Shown in pieces: positions 1 through 12,082 of a stretch of 64,000 nt of DNA; positions within the stretch are counted from its first letter, which is position 1, and every line of letters starts with the position of its first letter. Origin of the DNA: an uncultured Nitrososphaeraceae archaeon (GTDB lineage: Archaea; Thermoproteota; Nitrososphaeria; Nitrososphaerales; Nitrososphaeraceae); assembly GCA_963765895.1 (NCBI GenBank), contig CAVXZB010000078.1, positions 21,447 to 85,446 of the forward strand. The letters are read 5' to 3'. The position numbers were made by a program, and so were the translations under genes. Below the pieces are notes generated by a model. The model saw only the letters and a list, made by a program, of their open reading frames with translations, was not told the origin of the DNA and made no database searches.

Positions 1-232
1 TCGGTGATAGTTAATAAGGTATCTGTGCAAACAACATGTCAATATGGATCTCGTTATCTTGACAGTTCTACTAAAGGCGACCCAGGATGAGCGATTCTGA
101 AGTCTGCGAATGCAAGCACACAAAGCTATATCATATGTTTACCACAATTAAGAGTTTGAAAAATGGGGAAGTCACACCAATTGTTTTTTGTCTGGAGTGC
201 GACTGTTCTATATTTAGGAAAGTGGAACAGCA

Positions 233-436
233 TTGAATAGATGCTGTTATTGCGATGATTGTAATGGGATTGCAGATTGGTGCTTCGAAACCACAGAGCA
301 TATCAAGATGTATGCTTGCGATGAACATGTCATGATATTACGAAAGCTGTTGAAAGAAGAAAAATTTGTAATACTGACAATATCTGCTACACCACACTTA
401 CTAAATCCGGATCCGTCATTGTACGGAGACTGTTAG
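233..436 (+). CDS. Small Cys-rich putative zinc-binding protein
   Basis: TTG-start 67 aa ORF with CxxC (CDDC) and CxxH (CDEH) pairs. Confidence 0.4.
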   Translation: MNRCCYCDDCNGIADWCFETTEHIKMYACDEHVMILRKLLKEEKFVILTISATPHLLNPDPSLYGDC

Positions 437-1316
437 AATGTCTAGCAATCTTACCGCTGCCATATGGAAAGGGCAAATGTAAACCTTGTTCCGATTCTTC
501 TGAACTTCATAATTAATACATCAATTGATTAATTGACTGAGGTGTAATGAAGATTATTCCGCATTTCATGCGAAATATCAACGAATTCAATATTCCTGCT
601 GATAATTCACAGGATTATGAAATGCTCTATTTTGGGGGTAAACCTAATCCTTTTGATTGACTATAGATTAGCTTTTGATGTGCTCCCGGCTCAGTCGAAT
701 TATGAATCGAAGTTTTCATTATGAGTCGAAGAGAAGTTGATAAAGGAAGGATAGACATGATGGTTTGGATATCGATGCATTTTATTATAACACCGGTGGA
801 CGAATTAATGATATTTTTAAACCGGCACACAGTGATTCGTATGCGTTTAATATAACTGATAAAACTCGATACAAGTCACCGTAAATCTAACTCTTGACCA
901 GACCTGGCAAGAAAGGATAAAAGAATCACAAATCTTAGATGAATAGAAAATATATCGCTCGAAGAGCTGAATTATATTGATTGAAATAAGCTACGAAGTA
1001 TTGTTATCTGGTCTAGAAAACGCCGACGGCTATGACTTTAAGGATATAGTCATCATATCCCAACCTAATCGTTAACCGAACCACAAACTCAAAAGAATTG
1101 TTCACAACGATTTCGAAATCTGACACATCAATTATGTAGTCGAGACTAGATGTCAATAATCTGAGAGATCATCATTATCGGATGGCATAATTCTAGCCCA
1201 TGAGTAACTATGTCTTCCAGCCAGCTTCAGTTGACAATATTCGCCTCAAAATTCTGATGGCTTTCCTCATTCATTACGCTCAAATCTAATCCTCTAAAAT
1301 GGAAAATGTAAATCGA

Positions 1317-1363
1317 GTAAGATAAGGTAAGGTAAGGTAAGATAAGGTAAGATAAGATAAGAT
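1317..1363. repeat. Pentanucleotide microsatellite (TAAGR)n, about 9 units
   Basis: gtaagataaggtaaggtaaggtaagataaggtaagataagataagat read directly. Confidence 0.9.
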
Positions 1364-1520
1364 TAAATAAAGTCAAACGTCCCAGATTTTATTCTAGAAA
1401 ATTTAAATCCGCTTAACATAATTTTTATTTCTATATATAGACTATTAACCATTTTATCAAATCTATGTGCCAGTAAGTGGGAACAGGTCGCTAAAATTAA
1501 GCCGCAGGTATTTTGACTTA

Positions 1521-2123
1521 TTAATTTTCCTTAAAATTAAAAACTTTTGCCACAAAGATCAAGGACGGTATCATAGTGACTGGGAAAATAACTGCAAGAT
1601 TAAAGTTGACGAATGCCAAAGCTATGGAAATGATGTAAAGTAATGGAATAACACTCAAGCGAGTGTATATCTTTTTCATTATATATTTATCCAATTCCTT
1701 ACTTTGTAAATCCTTAGATATTTCCAGATACCGCCACAGCGATATCAACAGCAACGAATTGACAATTTGTAGGAGCGCTAAGACTGTCACTGCTTGCCAT
1801 GTTCTATATTGTAACTCTGCGACAGTAGTAATTGGCGTTAGTAGTATCAAAACAAAGAAGGTTATTGAGACTAATGTTATGGGCTCGCTCGGGGCTTTTA
1901 GATAATCAAAAAAGTTCATAGAAAAAATCCAGAAAACTGAAATTACCATAAAACTACTTATTAGCCCGTATACATTATAATAAAAATCCTTTAATTCGTC
2001 TTGATTAATTTGACCATTCACTATCGTTGGGGGCACTAAGTTATATGCCAATATCGTAATGGCAACAAGAAGCACAGAGTCGCTAAAACTCTTTAATCGT
2101 TCTGTAGTTAACAGGCTCGACAA
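1521..2123 (-). CDS. TMEM175-family (DUF1211) potassium channel
   Basis: N-terminal RLKSFSDSVLLVAITIL matches the RxxxFSD signature; about 6 hydrophobic helices. Confidence 0.85.
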   Translation of the reverse strand: MSSLLTTERLKSFSDSVLLVAITILAYNLVPPTIVNGQINQDELKDFYYNVYGLISSFMVISVFWIFSMNFFDYLKAPSEPITLVSITFFVLILLTPITTVAELQYRTWQAVTVLALLQIVNSLLLISLWRYLEISKDLQSKELDKYIMKKIYTRLSVIPLLYIISIALAFVNFNLAVIFPVTMIPSLIFVAKVFNFKEN

Positions 2124-2665
2124 TAGATGACTGGAATTGATTGCTATAGCAGCTCGATAATAACATTACCCAATGATTAAATACCATTCTTTCCTGAACT
2201 GTGCGAAGAGAGCTCGACTTAAATTAGGGCTGAATTGCTCCCTTAATCTAATATATAGTGTACGACATCTCCTGATGAATTATGTTAATGTCATTCGGTC
2301 TTCTGGCTGTGGTATTAAATTGATTTTTACATTGCATTTTTCAAAAATAAATAATATTTATTTAAATAGTTCTTTAATACGTCAAACACGGGATTTTATT
2401 AAATTTAATAATAAACACCCAGAGACCACATGAATGCGCATGTACGCATATAATTACTGTAGTCAGCCGATAATTAGAAAGTTTACCGTCTGATTTGTCC
2501 AATTTTAAAATACATTGGCATATAGACAAAATTCATAGAAAGATTATAGATTCTAGATTATTAAATAGAATACTTTCTTTATAGATTATATCTTGACTGT
2601 CGGCTCTTTAGGAGCTGCTATACCTATTCGCTGGATTTAAATATTATAATCCATTCAGAAGGATA

Positions 2666-3223
2666 TTGCAGAAATTAGAAGAAAATCCTCCCTGGCTTCG
2701 AATGTTGCAAATAGTGCTAGGAGGCATTTGCATAATACTTTCCTTGGTTATAATACTATACATAGGACCCGCCGTTTTTTCTATCATAATTATCCTTTCT
2801 ATCATACTCCTTGTAATTGGGATTGAACGGATAGCTATCGGGATAATAAACCCACGATCTGGTCGATCCCGCTTAGTCAGTATTGGAATTGGTTTGCTAA
2901 TAATTGGTGTCTCAATAATTCTAATGCAATTTCCAATATTCACCTTAGCGATCCTAATATTACTTGGTGCTATAGCGCTCTTACTTAGCGGTATTTCGAG
3001 AATAGTCCATGGCATCCGCGGTGGGACCACAGGTCGCTCCAAGGCATTGCAGATTGGGGTGGGCATCTTAAGCATAGGTATATCTATTCTAGTAATGATT
3101 CATCCAGTAAATTTTGGACTGCCGCTGCTAGGTGTCATAATCTCTATTGCATTTCTAGTAAGCGGGATCGAAATGATGGCAGTTGGAATAACTGGCAGAC
3201 CTAGGGATAGAATAATCTCCTGA
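2666..3223 (+). CDS. HdeD/DUF308-family membrane protein
   Basis: Repeated Gly-rich helix hairpins (QIVLGGICIILS / QIGVGILSIGIS, GIERI / GISRI / GIEMM). Confidence 0.8.
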   Translation: MQKLEENPPWLRMLQIVLGGICIILSLVIILYIGPAVFSIIIILSIILLVIGIERIAIGIINPRSGRSRLVSIGIGLLIIGVSIILMQFPIFTLAILILLGAIALLLSGISRIVHGIRGGTTGRSKALQIGVGILSIGISILVMIHPVNFGLPLLGVIISIAFLVSGIEMMAVGITGRPRDRIIS

Positions 3224-3724
3224 TCTGCGGGCAGGCATGATAGAAATGCCAGAACTTTGAATAACGTTTATTCATTTTTTGCCTCGTGATTTTAATTACT
3301 TCTAACAAGCTTCGATTCGAATAAAGTCGGTTTGTAGCAAAAAGCGTGTCCCACACCCAAACCTGAAATACCGTTCATTTAGATTGCTAGTACAAATGTC
3401 CATCATAGGTATGTTAAAAATACCATCTCCTACGATTGAGTCTATGATATAATGCTTTTCATTCGATACTAATACAAAATTGCAATCACTTTCCGAGTAT
3501 AATTAGAAGCCCTTCAATCTAATGGAAAAATTAACGAAAGATGATAGTACTTGCGTAGCGATTCGATTACTACCGTAACCATATATGAGGCTGATTTGAG
3601 ACCTTTCTTTACGTACGAAATATGATCTTGATGATTACAATACTAGCTAAGAGTGAGTGCAGGGTAAGCCACTAGTTTCTAAAGATTTATTATGATCATT
3701 GGTTACTCAGGTAATAATCAACCC

Positions 3725-3862
3725 ATGAAAGCAGTTGGAATTATAGGGATAATACTTATCGCTGTCTTTGTAATAGTTATGTTAATGACATTCGCTTTCC
3801 ATCTGATAGTCTTTAAGCTGCCTCCTCATTACGCGAGACATGGCTATATCAAAGCTAGATAG
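3725..3862 (+). CDS. Small single-pass membrane protein, 45 aa (below the ORF-track cutoff)
   Basis: Hand translation MKAVGIIGIILIAVFVIVMLMTFAFHLIVFKLPPHYARHGYIKAR*. Confidence 0.45.
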   Translation: MKAVGIIGIILIAVFVIVMLMTFAFHLIVFKLPPHYARHGYIKAR

Positions 3863-4509
3863 AAACGAGATTGCTAGTGGTATTTTAGAACAAGCATGGA
3901 CCATTTAACCGAATTATTCATATTTTGTGTATCTTGTCATAGTACCTATGTGATCTTCAAAAACGATGAAACACAAGTCACCGGTAACCCCCCTTCTGTT
4001 GTGCATAAATACAACATAACCAATCTCTATACAAACATACAACAATCCTTTATTAATTAGCTAAATATTGATAACCAATGAGCTCATCTCAAACCCTGTT
4101 CAATAATTGGTCGCGTATCCACTATTAAAGATTCAACACTTACGATCACGTAAACAGACGAGCCGATTTGCACTTGATAAGTGTATACAGAGGGTACCTA
4201 TCTAGGATCCGTTACCATATTTTTAAAAGTGGCTTAAAGAAAAGCCCCACTATCTGAGGGAATCATTATAATGTATATTAGATTCAGCGACATTTTCACA
4301 CCTTGTTTGTTTATTGGTGGAAGCCTTATTAAGTCGGTCTCTGAGGTCACGGCTTGTATACAGTTGTTATAGAATTCCCAATTTGCTATTCTAATATAGT
4401 AGAACCCTTTTGTATTCATTGGCCATGGCATTCCGGCATGTCGATGTCCATTATAAAAAAAGTTGGAAAGTTTTACTTCGCAGTTAGTTTTCTTCCCTGC
4501 TTATGAAAT

Positions 4510-4710
4510 CTAGTTGTGGTGATGGTGGTGATGGTGGTGATGGTGGTGATGGTGGTGATGGTGGTGATGGTGGTGATGGTGGTGATGGTGGTGATGGTTG
4601 TTGTCCGAGTGGGCAAATGCATTGCTGGTTATGATAGGCGTTGTTGCGACGAGCGCTAGCACAACCATGACGGCAGCGACTGCGACAATTAGGGTGATTT
4701 GATTCCTCAA
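4510..4710 (-). CDS. Secreted poly-histidine peptide (signal peptide + HSDNN-H27-N)
   Basis: MRNQ, hydrophobic core, AFA cleavage motif, then 27 consecutive His. TATA-like element about 25 bp upstream; T-tract downstream on the minus strand (about 4455-4461). Confidence 0.75.
   Translation of the reverse strand: MRNQITLIVAVAAVMVVLALVATTPIITSNAFAHSDNNHHHHHHHHHHHHHHHHHHHHHHHHHHHN
4516..4597. repeat. 9-bp tandem repeat (TGGTGGTGA)n encoding the His tract
   Basis: About 9 units; reads CAT CAC CAC on the minus strand. Confidence 0.95.
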
Positions 4711-5630
4711 GTCAATATAGTCTGTGTATCAGAGTATATTAGATTAGACTAACATCGTGAACTTACAAAGTTAATTCAGAGCTTAACCATTTTTCAGGTT
4801 TTGAACATCTGATAGGATCGATATAACAGAATACAAACTTTTCTCTATATTGAAGTCTCTCTATAATTGGTTGAAATGTTAAATACAGAGAATAGTCAGA
4901 ATATGTTTTTAAATAGGAATATTCTAATTCAAGGTAACGCGTTTACGTTACGAATAGGTGCTGACATTTGAGATCTGTGACTAGATTTCGTAGGCTATGA
5001 TGTATCGATGAACCGATTTACTCGCTGAAGCTTCGGATAAAATATTACAGCGATTAAAAATCCTTTTTAAACGCGCAAATTGCAGAATGCAAAGGGATTA
5101 ATGCTCATACACTATTGATACTATGGCCGATATTAAGAACTTAGGGGAGTTTCTGGGATGTCTCAGTCCTTAGGACTAAACTGCTAGCCAGATGCATCTT
5201 TCACTGATGGAATTGCGCTCAATGTGTCTACAAAAATTGAGTAAATATCGGAGATACGACGGCAACTCATAAGATATACGTTTCGTGATTAATCCAAGAG
5301 GCAATTTTTATAACCGGCGCACAGGCAAGTGCCGTTCTCCGTCTCAACAAAGGATTGTTTTAACAGTTTGAGTTTGTACCACAAGTGGACCTTCATGATA
5401 AGGCCGACTTTTGGATAATAGTTGCGAGGGAAGCTTCCTACAAATGTAAGATGGTAATAAGTCTATCCAACTTAGTGACATGCCTAGACTAGTGCCCTAA
5501 TAATGGTTTCAGATCTTCTGTAAGTACAATTGTATGAGATTAAAAATCATATCTCAAAAAAAGAGAATTCTGTGACCTAACATAATTAAATACAAAGTCT
5601 TGTAGTTTAGAGAAGATTAATAAAAGATCA

Positions 5631-6074
5631 GTGGTGTATGATTATATGTCTCTTGTAGAAAACAAGCGAATAGCTAGGGATTTTATTGACGAGATGTTTA
5701 ACAAGGGGAATGTCGAAAATGCAAATCGGTTTGTAACGCCAGACTTCATTTATCACGCCAGGGGTGAGGATGTAATAGGAGTAGACAACTTTAAGGCCTG
5801 CGTAGCAACAGATCACACCACCTTTCGTGACATACATTTCACCTATATAGATGGCATAGCAGAGGGAAAAAAGGTCGCCACAACTTGGATACTGGAGGGC
5901 ATTCAACAACAGGAATTCCGAGGCATACCGGCTACGAATAAAAAATTTGAAACGGTAGGAGTTATCATCTTTCGTTTTGAAGGCCATTTGATTAAGGAGG
6001 GCTGGTCTATCGTCGATGGACTTACACCGGCGATAGAGTTGGGACTTGTTAAGACAAGCTTTAATCCAACATAA
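5631..6074 (+). CDS. SnoaL-like / ester cyclase (NTF2 fold) protein
   Basis: ENKRIAR...FNKGN...AEGKKV...GIPATNKKF...FRFEG pattern. Confidence 0.85.
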   Translation: MVYDYMSLVENKRIARDFIDEMFNKGNVENANRFVTPDFIYHARGEDVIGVDNFKACVATDHTTFRDIHFTYIDGIAEGKKVATTWILEGIQQQEFRGIPATNKKFETVGVIIFRFEGHLIKEGWSIVDGLTPAIELGLVKTSFNPT

Positions 6075-6437
6075 CGACAAATGAGCTAACCATTATCAGC
6101 TCTACAAACTTGGTACTGATTGTTCACGAATATGGAAAGTTTACTGGTAGTATCGACGCATGAGATTCAAGTCTATTAAAATAGAGAAAATAGGCAAATA
6201 CGGTATTGAGCAATTCAACCATATAATATATTTATATTGATCGACGCACAAATCTAATATAAAATTTGTATAATAGTATAATTATTAAATCAAATTCCAG
6301 ATGTGTCACCATTAAAAATACTAATTAGGTCTTTCAACTTCTTAAATTATGAAAAGTATGTAATGAGACATTTAGGTTAACATAGTTAAACTATTTATAT
6401 TAACCTCAGACGCTTAGTAAGTGTAGGCGGACTCAGG

Positions 6438-6917
6438 TTGTTATCCATAGCATCGTTAGGAAAAAAAACTAAAAAATCAACTATGTCTCCGTATCGCGAC
6501 AGAGTCTATATTATCAAAGATATAATACTAAAGTTGGTGGATTATGGCGCCTTGAATCAAACGTCACTTATCAGTTTCTGTGGGCTTAACTTGAAGAAAC
6601 ACAGATCGATATTATTTGAACTCGAACTAAATGAGCTTGTTACCAAATCAGAAACTACTTCTGGTCATAGAACGATTACAGTTTATAGGCCTACGCAGAA
6701 GGGTATAGAATTTTGTAATAAGATAATTGGACCCTATGAGAAAATGTTCCCAAGACAAAGACATCAACTAAGATCCGAAGACATTAGACCAATAGTGATA
6801 GAAAATAGCCAGGAATACCGTGGCATTGCAAATTCAGTAAATGACGATCAGAATAGTTTTACAGAAATAGGCCAACCAACAACGGTTACACTGAAGGAGA
6901 TATCTCCAACCAGATAA
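6438..6917 (+). CDS. Winged helix-turn-helix (HTH_45-like) regulator
   Basis: YRDRVYIIKDII...NQTSLISFCGLN...YRPTQKG; the true start may be ATG 6483. Confidence 0.75.
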   Translation: MLSIASLGKKTKKSTMSPYRDRVYIIKDIILKLVDYGALNQTSLISFCGLNLKKHRSILFELELNELVTKSETTSGHRTITVYRPTQKGIEFCNKIIGPYEKMFPRQRHQLRSEDIRPIVIENSQEYRGIANSVNDDQNSFTEIGQPTTVTLKEISPTR

Positions 6918-7396
6918 ATAGCTAATCGACAGAATGACGTGGTTTGCATATCTTTGGTTTTAAAATTTGAAAAATGTATTTTTATGAATGGCTCCCAGAT
7001 CCTGACTGACTAGGCGCAGGTTTATGCCTAAACAAAATTATTATTATTACTAACATTTTACTTTAGCGCTAACTTTCTGATCACAATTCTGTACGCATAC
7101 GAGGCTTCTTGCCTATTTGGATAATTTGGATATCAAGCCGCTCTAGTTAACTCTTTCCCACCGCTGAATTAGCATACATGCTTTTGACGGGAATAAAGGG
7201 AGAGTCATTATCCATTCGCGGCCTCCATCGTACTTGTTGTTCGGAGTATCCACATTATCTTTTGAGCCGGAATAGAAGATAGTTGCTAAGTAATCAAGGT
7301 TAACGTGCCGTAACATACAATAACAGAAGATGTAAATACGGAAATAATGTTGTTAATTTAAATCGTCAGTGAAGATGAACCGCAGGTCTCATCTTA

Positions 7397-7994
7397 CTAT
7401 TTGCCCGGTGTAACTTCAGGACTATTGATAACTATTCCAGTTTTTGAGATAGTCAGTTCTCCATTTCTTTCTGCACTTAATACTTCGGATGCAGATTTCA
7501 ATATCCTGGGGTTTACATTGGCATTCCACTTTACAAAATTTAATGCATATAATGGACTATACCCTTTTTCTCCAGGTGATGCACTTGAAACACCTAATTG
7601 AAATCCCATAGGAGAGCTACTCTGCTTTATGCCATTAATGAAATCATAACCCTGTTGACGACTAGATTCTGGAGATAATGCTAGAATTGGAGAGAAGTTA
7701 ACCTTGGACCCTGTGGTATTTGTTATTGATGCTGCAATTTGGGGATCTGAAGCGTCAGTTGCTATAAAATATTCAATCTTACCGTTAACATAGCCTCTTG
7801 AAACGGGTATAGATACGGATTTAATTGCATTAAGCTTAGTAGTAACACCTGCGGCATGCTCGGGTACTGTTTGCACCTATTTGCTGTGCAAAAGTATTTT
7901 GTGATAATAGTTGTGGGCCTGACATAACAATTGTTACTATCGACAACACAACTAGAGAGGTTGATATTTCAGAAATCTTTAGTTTGATCTTCAT
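7397..7994 (-). CDS. Secreted thaumarchaeal-type protein, frameshifted near 7862
   Basis: ORF 7397-7876 (GYVNGK..YFIATDASD...GYSPL..V.W). A signal peptide MKIKLKISEISTSLVVLSIVTIVMSG...NTFA starts at ATG 7994 in another frame. Confidence 0.6.
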
Positions 7995-8124
7995 ATTACA
8001 ACATCTTCCGATAAATCGCTATATATGAAAGTTTTTACACCAGATCTAATCTGGACTTTCAAAAAGATTAATATTTCGACGAAAGTCATCTTTGAATTTG
8101 AGCTTGTACTGCGGGGCCTTGTGA

Positions 8125-8412
8125 TTGGAATATCCTCCATTGTGGGTTTGGGCCTTTATCGTAGGCATCATTATTGCAACAAAGCTTGTTTTGAGATGGC
8201 AAGCGACAAAACAGACTGTCAACGATGCCTCAGATAGATACATTTCCAACAATGAGAAAAAGGATTCAACTCTTGATTCGTTAGATAGAAATGCCAGTAC
8301 TAAAGCTAGAAATATCAAGTCTTACAAATATGGTCCGTTTCACCTGTACAGAGGCGGTTTTGATACACGGAAAAAACGACTACGAACGACCACCAAAGAT
8401 CGGCACTACTGA
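8125..8412 (+). CDS. Hypothetical N-terminally anchored membrane protein
   Basis: One TM segment (LWVWAFIVGIIIA) followed by a polar/basic tail. Confidence 0.35.
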   Translation: MEYPPLWVWAFIVGIIIATKLVLRWQATKQTVNDASDRYISNNEKKDSTLDSLDRNASTKARNIKSYKYGPFHLYRGGFDTRKKRLRTTTKDRHY

Positions 8413-8559
8413 TATGTCTCCGGTTTTGCTTGTCCTGCCAAGATGGTAACCAGGGTTTTAACATACAATTGATTAATATTCTAAAATTTATCACTAGTCC
8501 AAGTTAGATCTCGATTTAAATGATATAATCTGGCTCCGCCGGTATGATTTGTCCCCTCG

Positions 8560-8830
8560 GATTAAAGTCGAAGTGTCCGTTATGGAGTTCATTTAATTTC
8601 ATCAATTCCAATAAGGATTCAGAATAACGCCAATATTGTTCCCGTAAAGTCCAGTGATCTCTTGCTGTACAGTTGTTGCATAATCTGCGGATAGCGCAAT
8701 AACAACCATCTGGTCATATCTCCCGGCCTTGTGAAAGAGAGAATTACCTGCAAGTTCATTAATTATAACCCTGTTATCTATTTGATTATTCCCGGTCGTC
8801 TCCAATATACCACTTATTACAAAGCTTTTG
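8560..8830 (-). pseudogene. Fragment of a MacB/FtsX-type ABC permease extracellular domain
   Basis: ETTGNNQIDNRVIIN...GNSLFHKAGRYDQMVVIA...VQQEITGLYGNNIGV; no intact N- or C-terminus. Ends approximate. Confidence 0.5.
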
Positions 8831-9434
8831 GATTGTTGTTCAGTCTTGCCAGTTTTCGAGTCGACGAATGTATTGCTTTATTTTCTATGAAGAATGAAAA
8901 TAGTCTAGTCCTAGAGATAGGCTCGACATACACAGACACTCTAATTTAATCTCGGCCAAGCAATGAATGAAACCAAAAAATGGTCACGGATAGTGGTTAG
9001 CTAAAGTAAACCTGATTTCAGGCGGGATTCTTCCTCTAACTAATCCTGAAAAGCAGCGTTGAGAGTCGAAATAAAAATCTTACGATAAAAAATAGTCAAA
9101 TGCAATGCAGCAAGTTACATAAAAACTAGAGCAACTAGCTACCAGCATTATAGAGCACTTCCTGTCTGACTCTAACATGTATATCGATTTTTTAAGTGGA
9201 GTGTATCATGTGTCATGTAAACTAACCACCGGAGTGAGAAACCACGGCTAATACACAGGTATGATGCCTTGGCCTATTCATCATCGTTTACAAAGTTCTG
9301 GTGCTCAGTTTATTAGTGATTGGTGATATTCTTATGAAATTCATCACTCTATCGAACTCGAACTTACATTAACATGAGTAAGAGTCCTTCTAGGACTCCA
9401 GCTCTTATTGAAGTATACTTGAATCGATGCCTCA

Positions 9435-9668
9435 CTAATTGAGGGGTTCTTTTGTACTTTCCAACTCAGGTAATTCATTTTCATCTGGTTTTTCCATTGC
9501 CTTTCCTTTTCTTTTTCGCAACTTCCTTATATCCCCAAGAATTTCTTTAAACTCCTCTTGAGAAATCTTGGATATTTTGGAATCCCACTCTATTCCATGT
9601 GCTTGCAAAACCTCTTCTGTTACCTCAAGGATGTCCAGTTTAGTATGCTTCTCCTCAGTCGAAAGCAT
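9435..9668 (-). CDS. Hypothetical charged protein
   Basis: 77 aa ATG ORF with natural protein composition. Confidence 0.55.
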   Translation of the reverse strand: MLSTEEKHTKLDILEVTEEVLQAHGIEWDSKISKISQEEFKEILGDIRKLRKRKGKAMEKPDENELPELESTKEPLN

Positions 9669-10206
9669 TTTGTGCTTAGAAAACGGAAAAATGCAAATTC
9701 ACTCATAATCTTATCCCCTACCATGTTACGTCAAAAGGACCTAATAATGTCTTTGTTACTTTAATCAAATAGTGTATTCAATATGAATAATCTCGTCGGG
9801 CTTTTATTCTCGAGTATCTAATTGGAGATGATTAAAGCTCATTGCATAAGCAGTATTGTGTTGTATGTCTCACAGTAATTTTATTTAATCTCTCATAAAG
9901 TTGAAAAATATTTTGAAGACATAGATGTGTCCCGCGTATAATATTCTCGTAGTCTATGAGTCCTAGTACTTTTTGAACCGGTACATTATTTCACTAAAAT
10001 GAAAATTTCCTCATTGTAGCCTTCCTCGTTTTCTTATATTACCTTCTACGGATTGTGAGCAGAAAGTGTATCGAGCGTTAACAGAGGGATTTCGTTTGGA
10101 ATAAGGGGCCCGACTAATAATACCGATAGCGATCTAGGCTTCAATTAGGCAACCTCAGCTGGTAAGACTGATATAGTTTAACGAGAATTATACTATTGAA
10201 GACAAT

Positions 10207-10372
10207 ATGGAACAATTGTCGGATAGAGATAGGGTAAAGAGAGGTGTTAATAGGGGTAGATACAAAACAATCGAATATTCTTGTGGATGTATCTATCAAT
10301 TTGATCACGCAGATCATATTGAAACATATATGCCCAGAACATGAGACTCATCTCATTACTTATCACGGCTGA
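10207..10372 (+). CDS. Small CGC...CxxH zinc-binding protein, one frameshift near 10318
   Basis: MEQLSDRDRVKRGVNRGRYKTIEYSCGCIYQFD continues in another frame as LKHICPEHETHLITYHG*. Confidence 0.5.
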
Positions 10373-10654
10373 AATGCAGTCATACATTTAAACTTGTAAA
10401 GTACTTGGGAAATGAATAAGCCCGTTATTAGTTTATAGAGTTTATAGAGGTAAAAGACAAACAGAACTGCGTCCCACTTTTGTTAATTTAGGCTGTGGAG
10501 ATACTATGAAACAATGTAATCACCCGATATTATCTATCATAAGAGATTTTAAATAAACTAATTATGGATTGAGGCCCAAAACCAGTTGTGAACAAATTAT
10601 TCACGATTAGGAGATCTTCATACTTGAACACCAGAGCACTTGCAGTAGACTAGT

Positions 10655-10843
10655 GTGGTAGTCGCTGTTCTTCTCCTTGCCCTTATATGCATCACGTCGA
10701 TAAATATAGGGCTATATCTTCAGCAGGAAGCGGAACTATTTACATCTAAACCTGTGCTGGGAGACAAGGCTGATAGTGAGCATGACAAAAAAATGAACAT
10801 TCTTCCGTGTGACGCTCAACACGCATGCCAAACTTCAATTTAG
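10655..10843 (+). CDS. Hypothetical small membrane-anchored protein
   Basis: Hydrophobic N-terminus, 62 aa, GTG start. Confidence 0.3.
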   Translation: MVVAVLLLALICITSINIGLYLQQEAELFTSKPVLGDKADSEHDKKMNILPCDAQHACQTSI

Positions 10844-11247
10844 TGATATTTTATGCTCATTATTAGTTCCTGAATAGATTAATTTTAATTCGCTACTTTT
10901 TGTAACCGATTACAGAAACGGCTGAGGATGGGTTTGATCCTGAGGAGTTATTGTACCTGAAACTTACGATGGTAGATATACAAATTGAGGAAAGGCTCTC
11001 TAAGAATAGCATACCCAATTTCATATCATATGTTCCCAAGAGAATATTTTTGATATATAAAGTATTTGACTTCAACATAATTACCATTTATGAATTCCAG
11101 AAATCCCAAACAATGCACGCTATAGTGGATTACTCCAAATGCCAACACCACAAAATCAAGGAATAATCTTTCAAGAATCTGGCTACCACATAACCTAGCA
11201 CAGTAAGTATAAAGAATAAATCAGGATCTGTTATTAGAAATATAAAA

Positions 11248-11628
11248 ATGACAGACAACTTATTTCTCGAACAGCTTGTGGATTACATTGTACTCGCGAT
11301 AGAGGTTATTGCGATTATATTTATCACTGGCATAATTATATACTTCCTATTTATGTTTTCAAAATTATCCGTTGCAAGGATTCTGGGGAAACCAGTTTCA
11401 ACAAACCTTCGTGAGATGATTTATAGATTTTTAGAGAGGGTTTGCTAATCTCCTTAGATTTTGTTATTGCAGCTTGATATTTTAAAGACGATCTTTAGCC
11501 GTTCAATCGATGAATTAGTTACCCTTGCTATCGTAGTAACAATAAGAATACTGTTGAGCTGGTCTCTTTCAAAAGATTTTGAATTATACGAGAAGAGGGA
11601 TAGCGTAGATCCCAAGGCTGCTTTGTGA
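11248..11628 (+). CDS. DUF1622-family membrane protein with two frameshifts
   Basis: Continues across shifts as GLLISLDFVIAA-DILKTI...LAIVVTIRILLSWSL...*, the DUF1622 C-terminal pattern. Confidence 0.75.
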
Positions 11629-12082
11629 GTAGCAGGTCAGTTAAGAATGAAAAATGTTTGTTAACGATCTGAGCCCAACTGAACACGATCCACTCTTCAG
11701 TTTATTGCCCACTTCCTTAGCCGAAATTTTGTCCTTTGCACTTGCCAACAGACTGCAAAAACATCATAGTCTCATGAGAAGTTGGAATTTTAAGGCGCCT
11801 TAATTTTATTATAGCAATTTAATTGTTGCACGAGCTAATATAACGATGGAATGAGTGTATTACATTGTGTTGTACAAATTTCCGAATTGTTACTCGAAGT
11901 ATAACCTAATCCCCACGAGACTCATAAATTGCGCATAGTTAGTGACATCCACGTCCAGGCCCAAGTACTCGTGGTAATAGTTTGGCCCTAAGACAGATTA
12001 TAGAATGTGCGATTATAAATGTAAGAAGACTATAGCAATTGAATGATGAGAGGAATCAGCAGAACGCATCTTAATCCGAAGG

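Noticed and set aside
1317-1363. (TAAGR)n as iterons or a regulatory array
   Set aside because: Simple microsatellite with no adjacent rep gene or promoter context.
2644-3075. Antisense ORFs in the track (also 5628-6080, 13020-13397, 22918-23541, 50506-50937, 62652-63113 and others)
   Set aside because: They shadow well-supported genes on the opposite strand and have no motifs.
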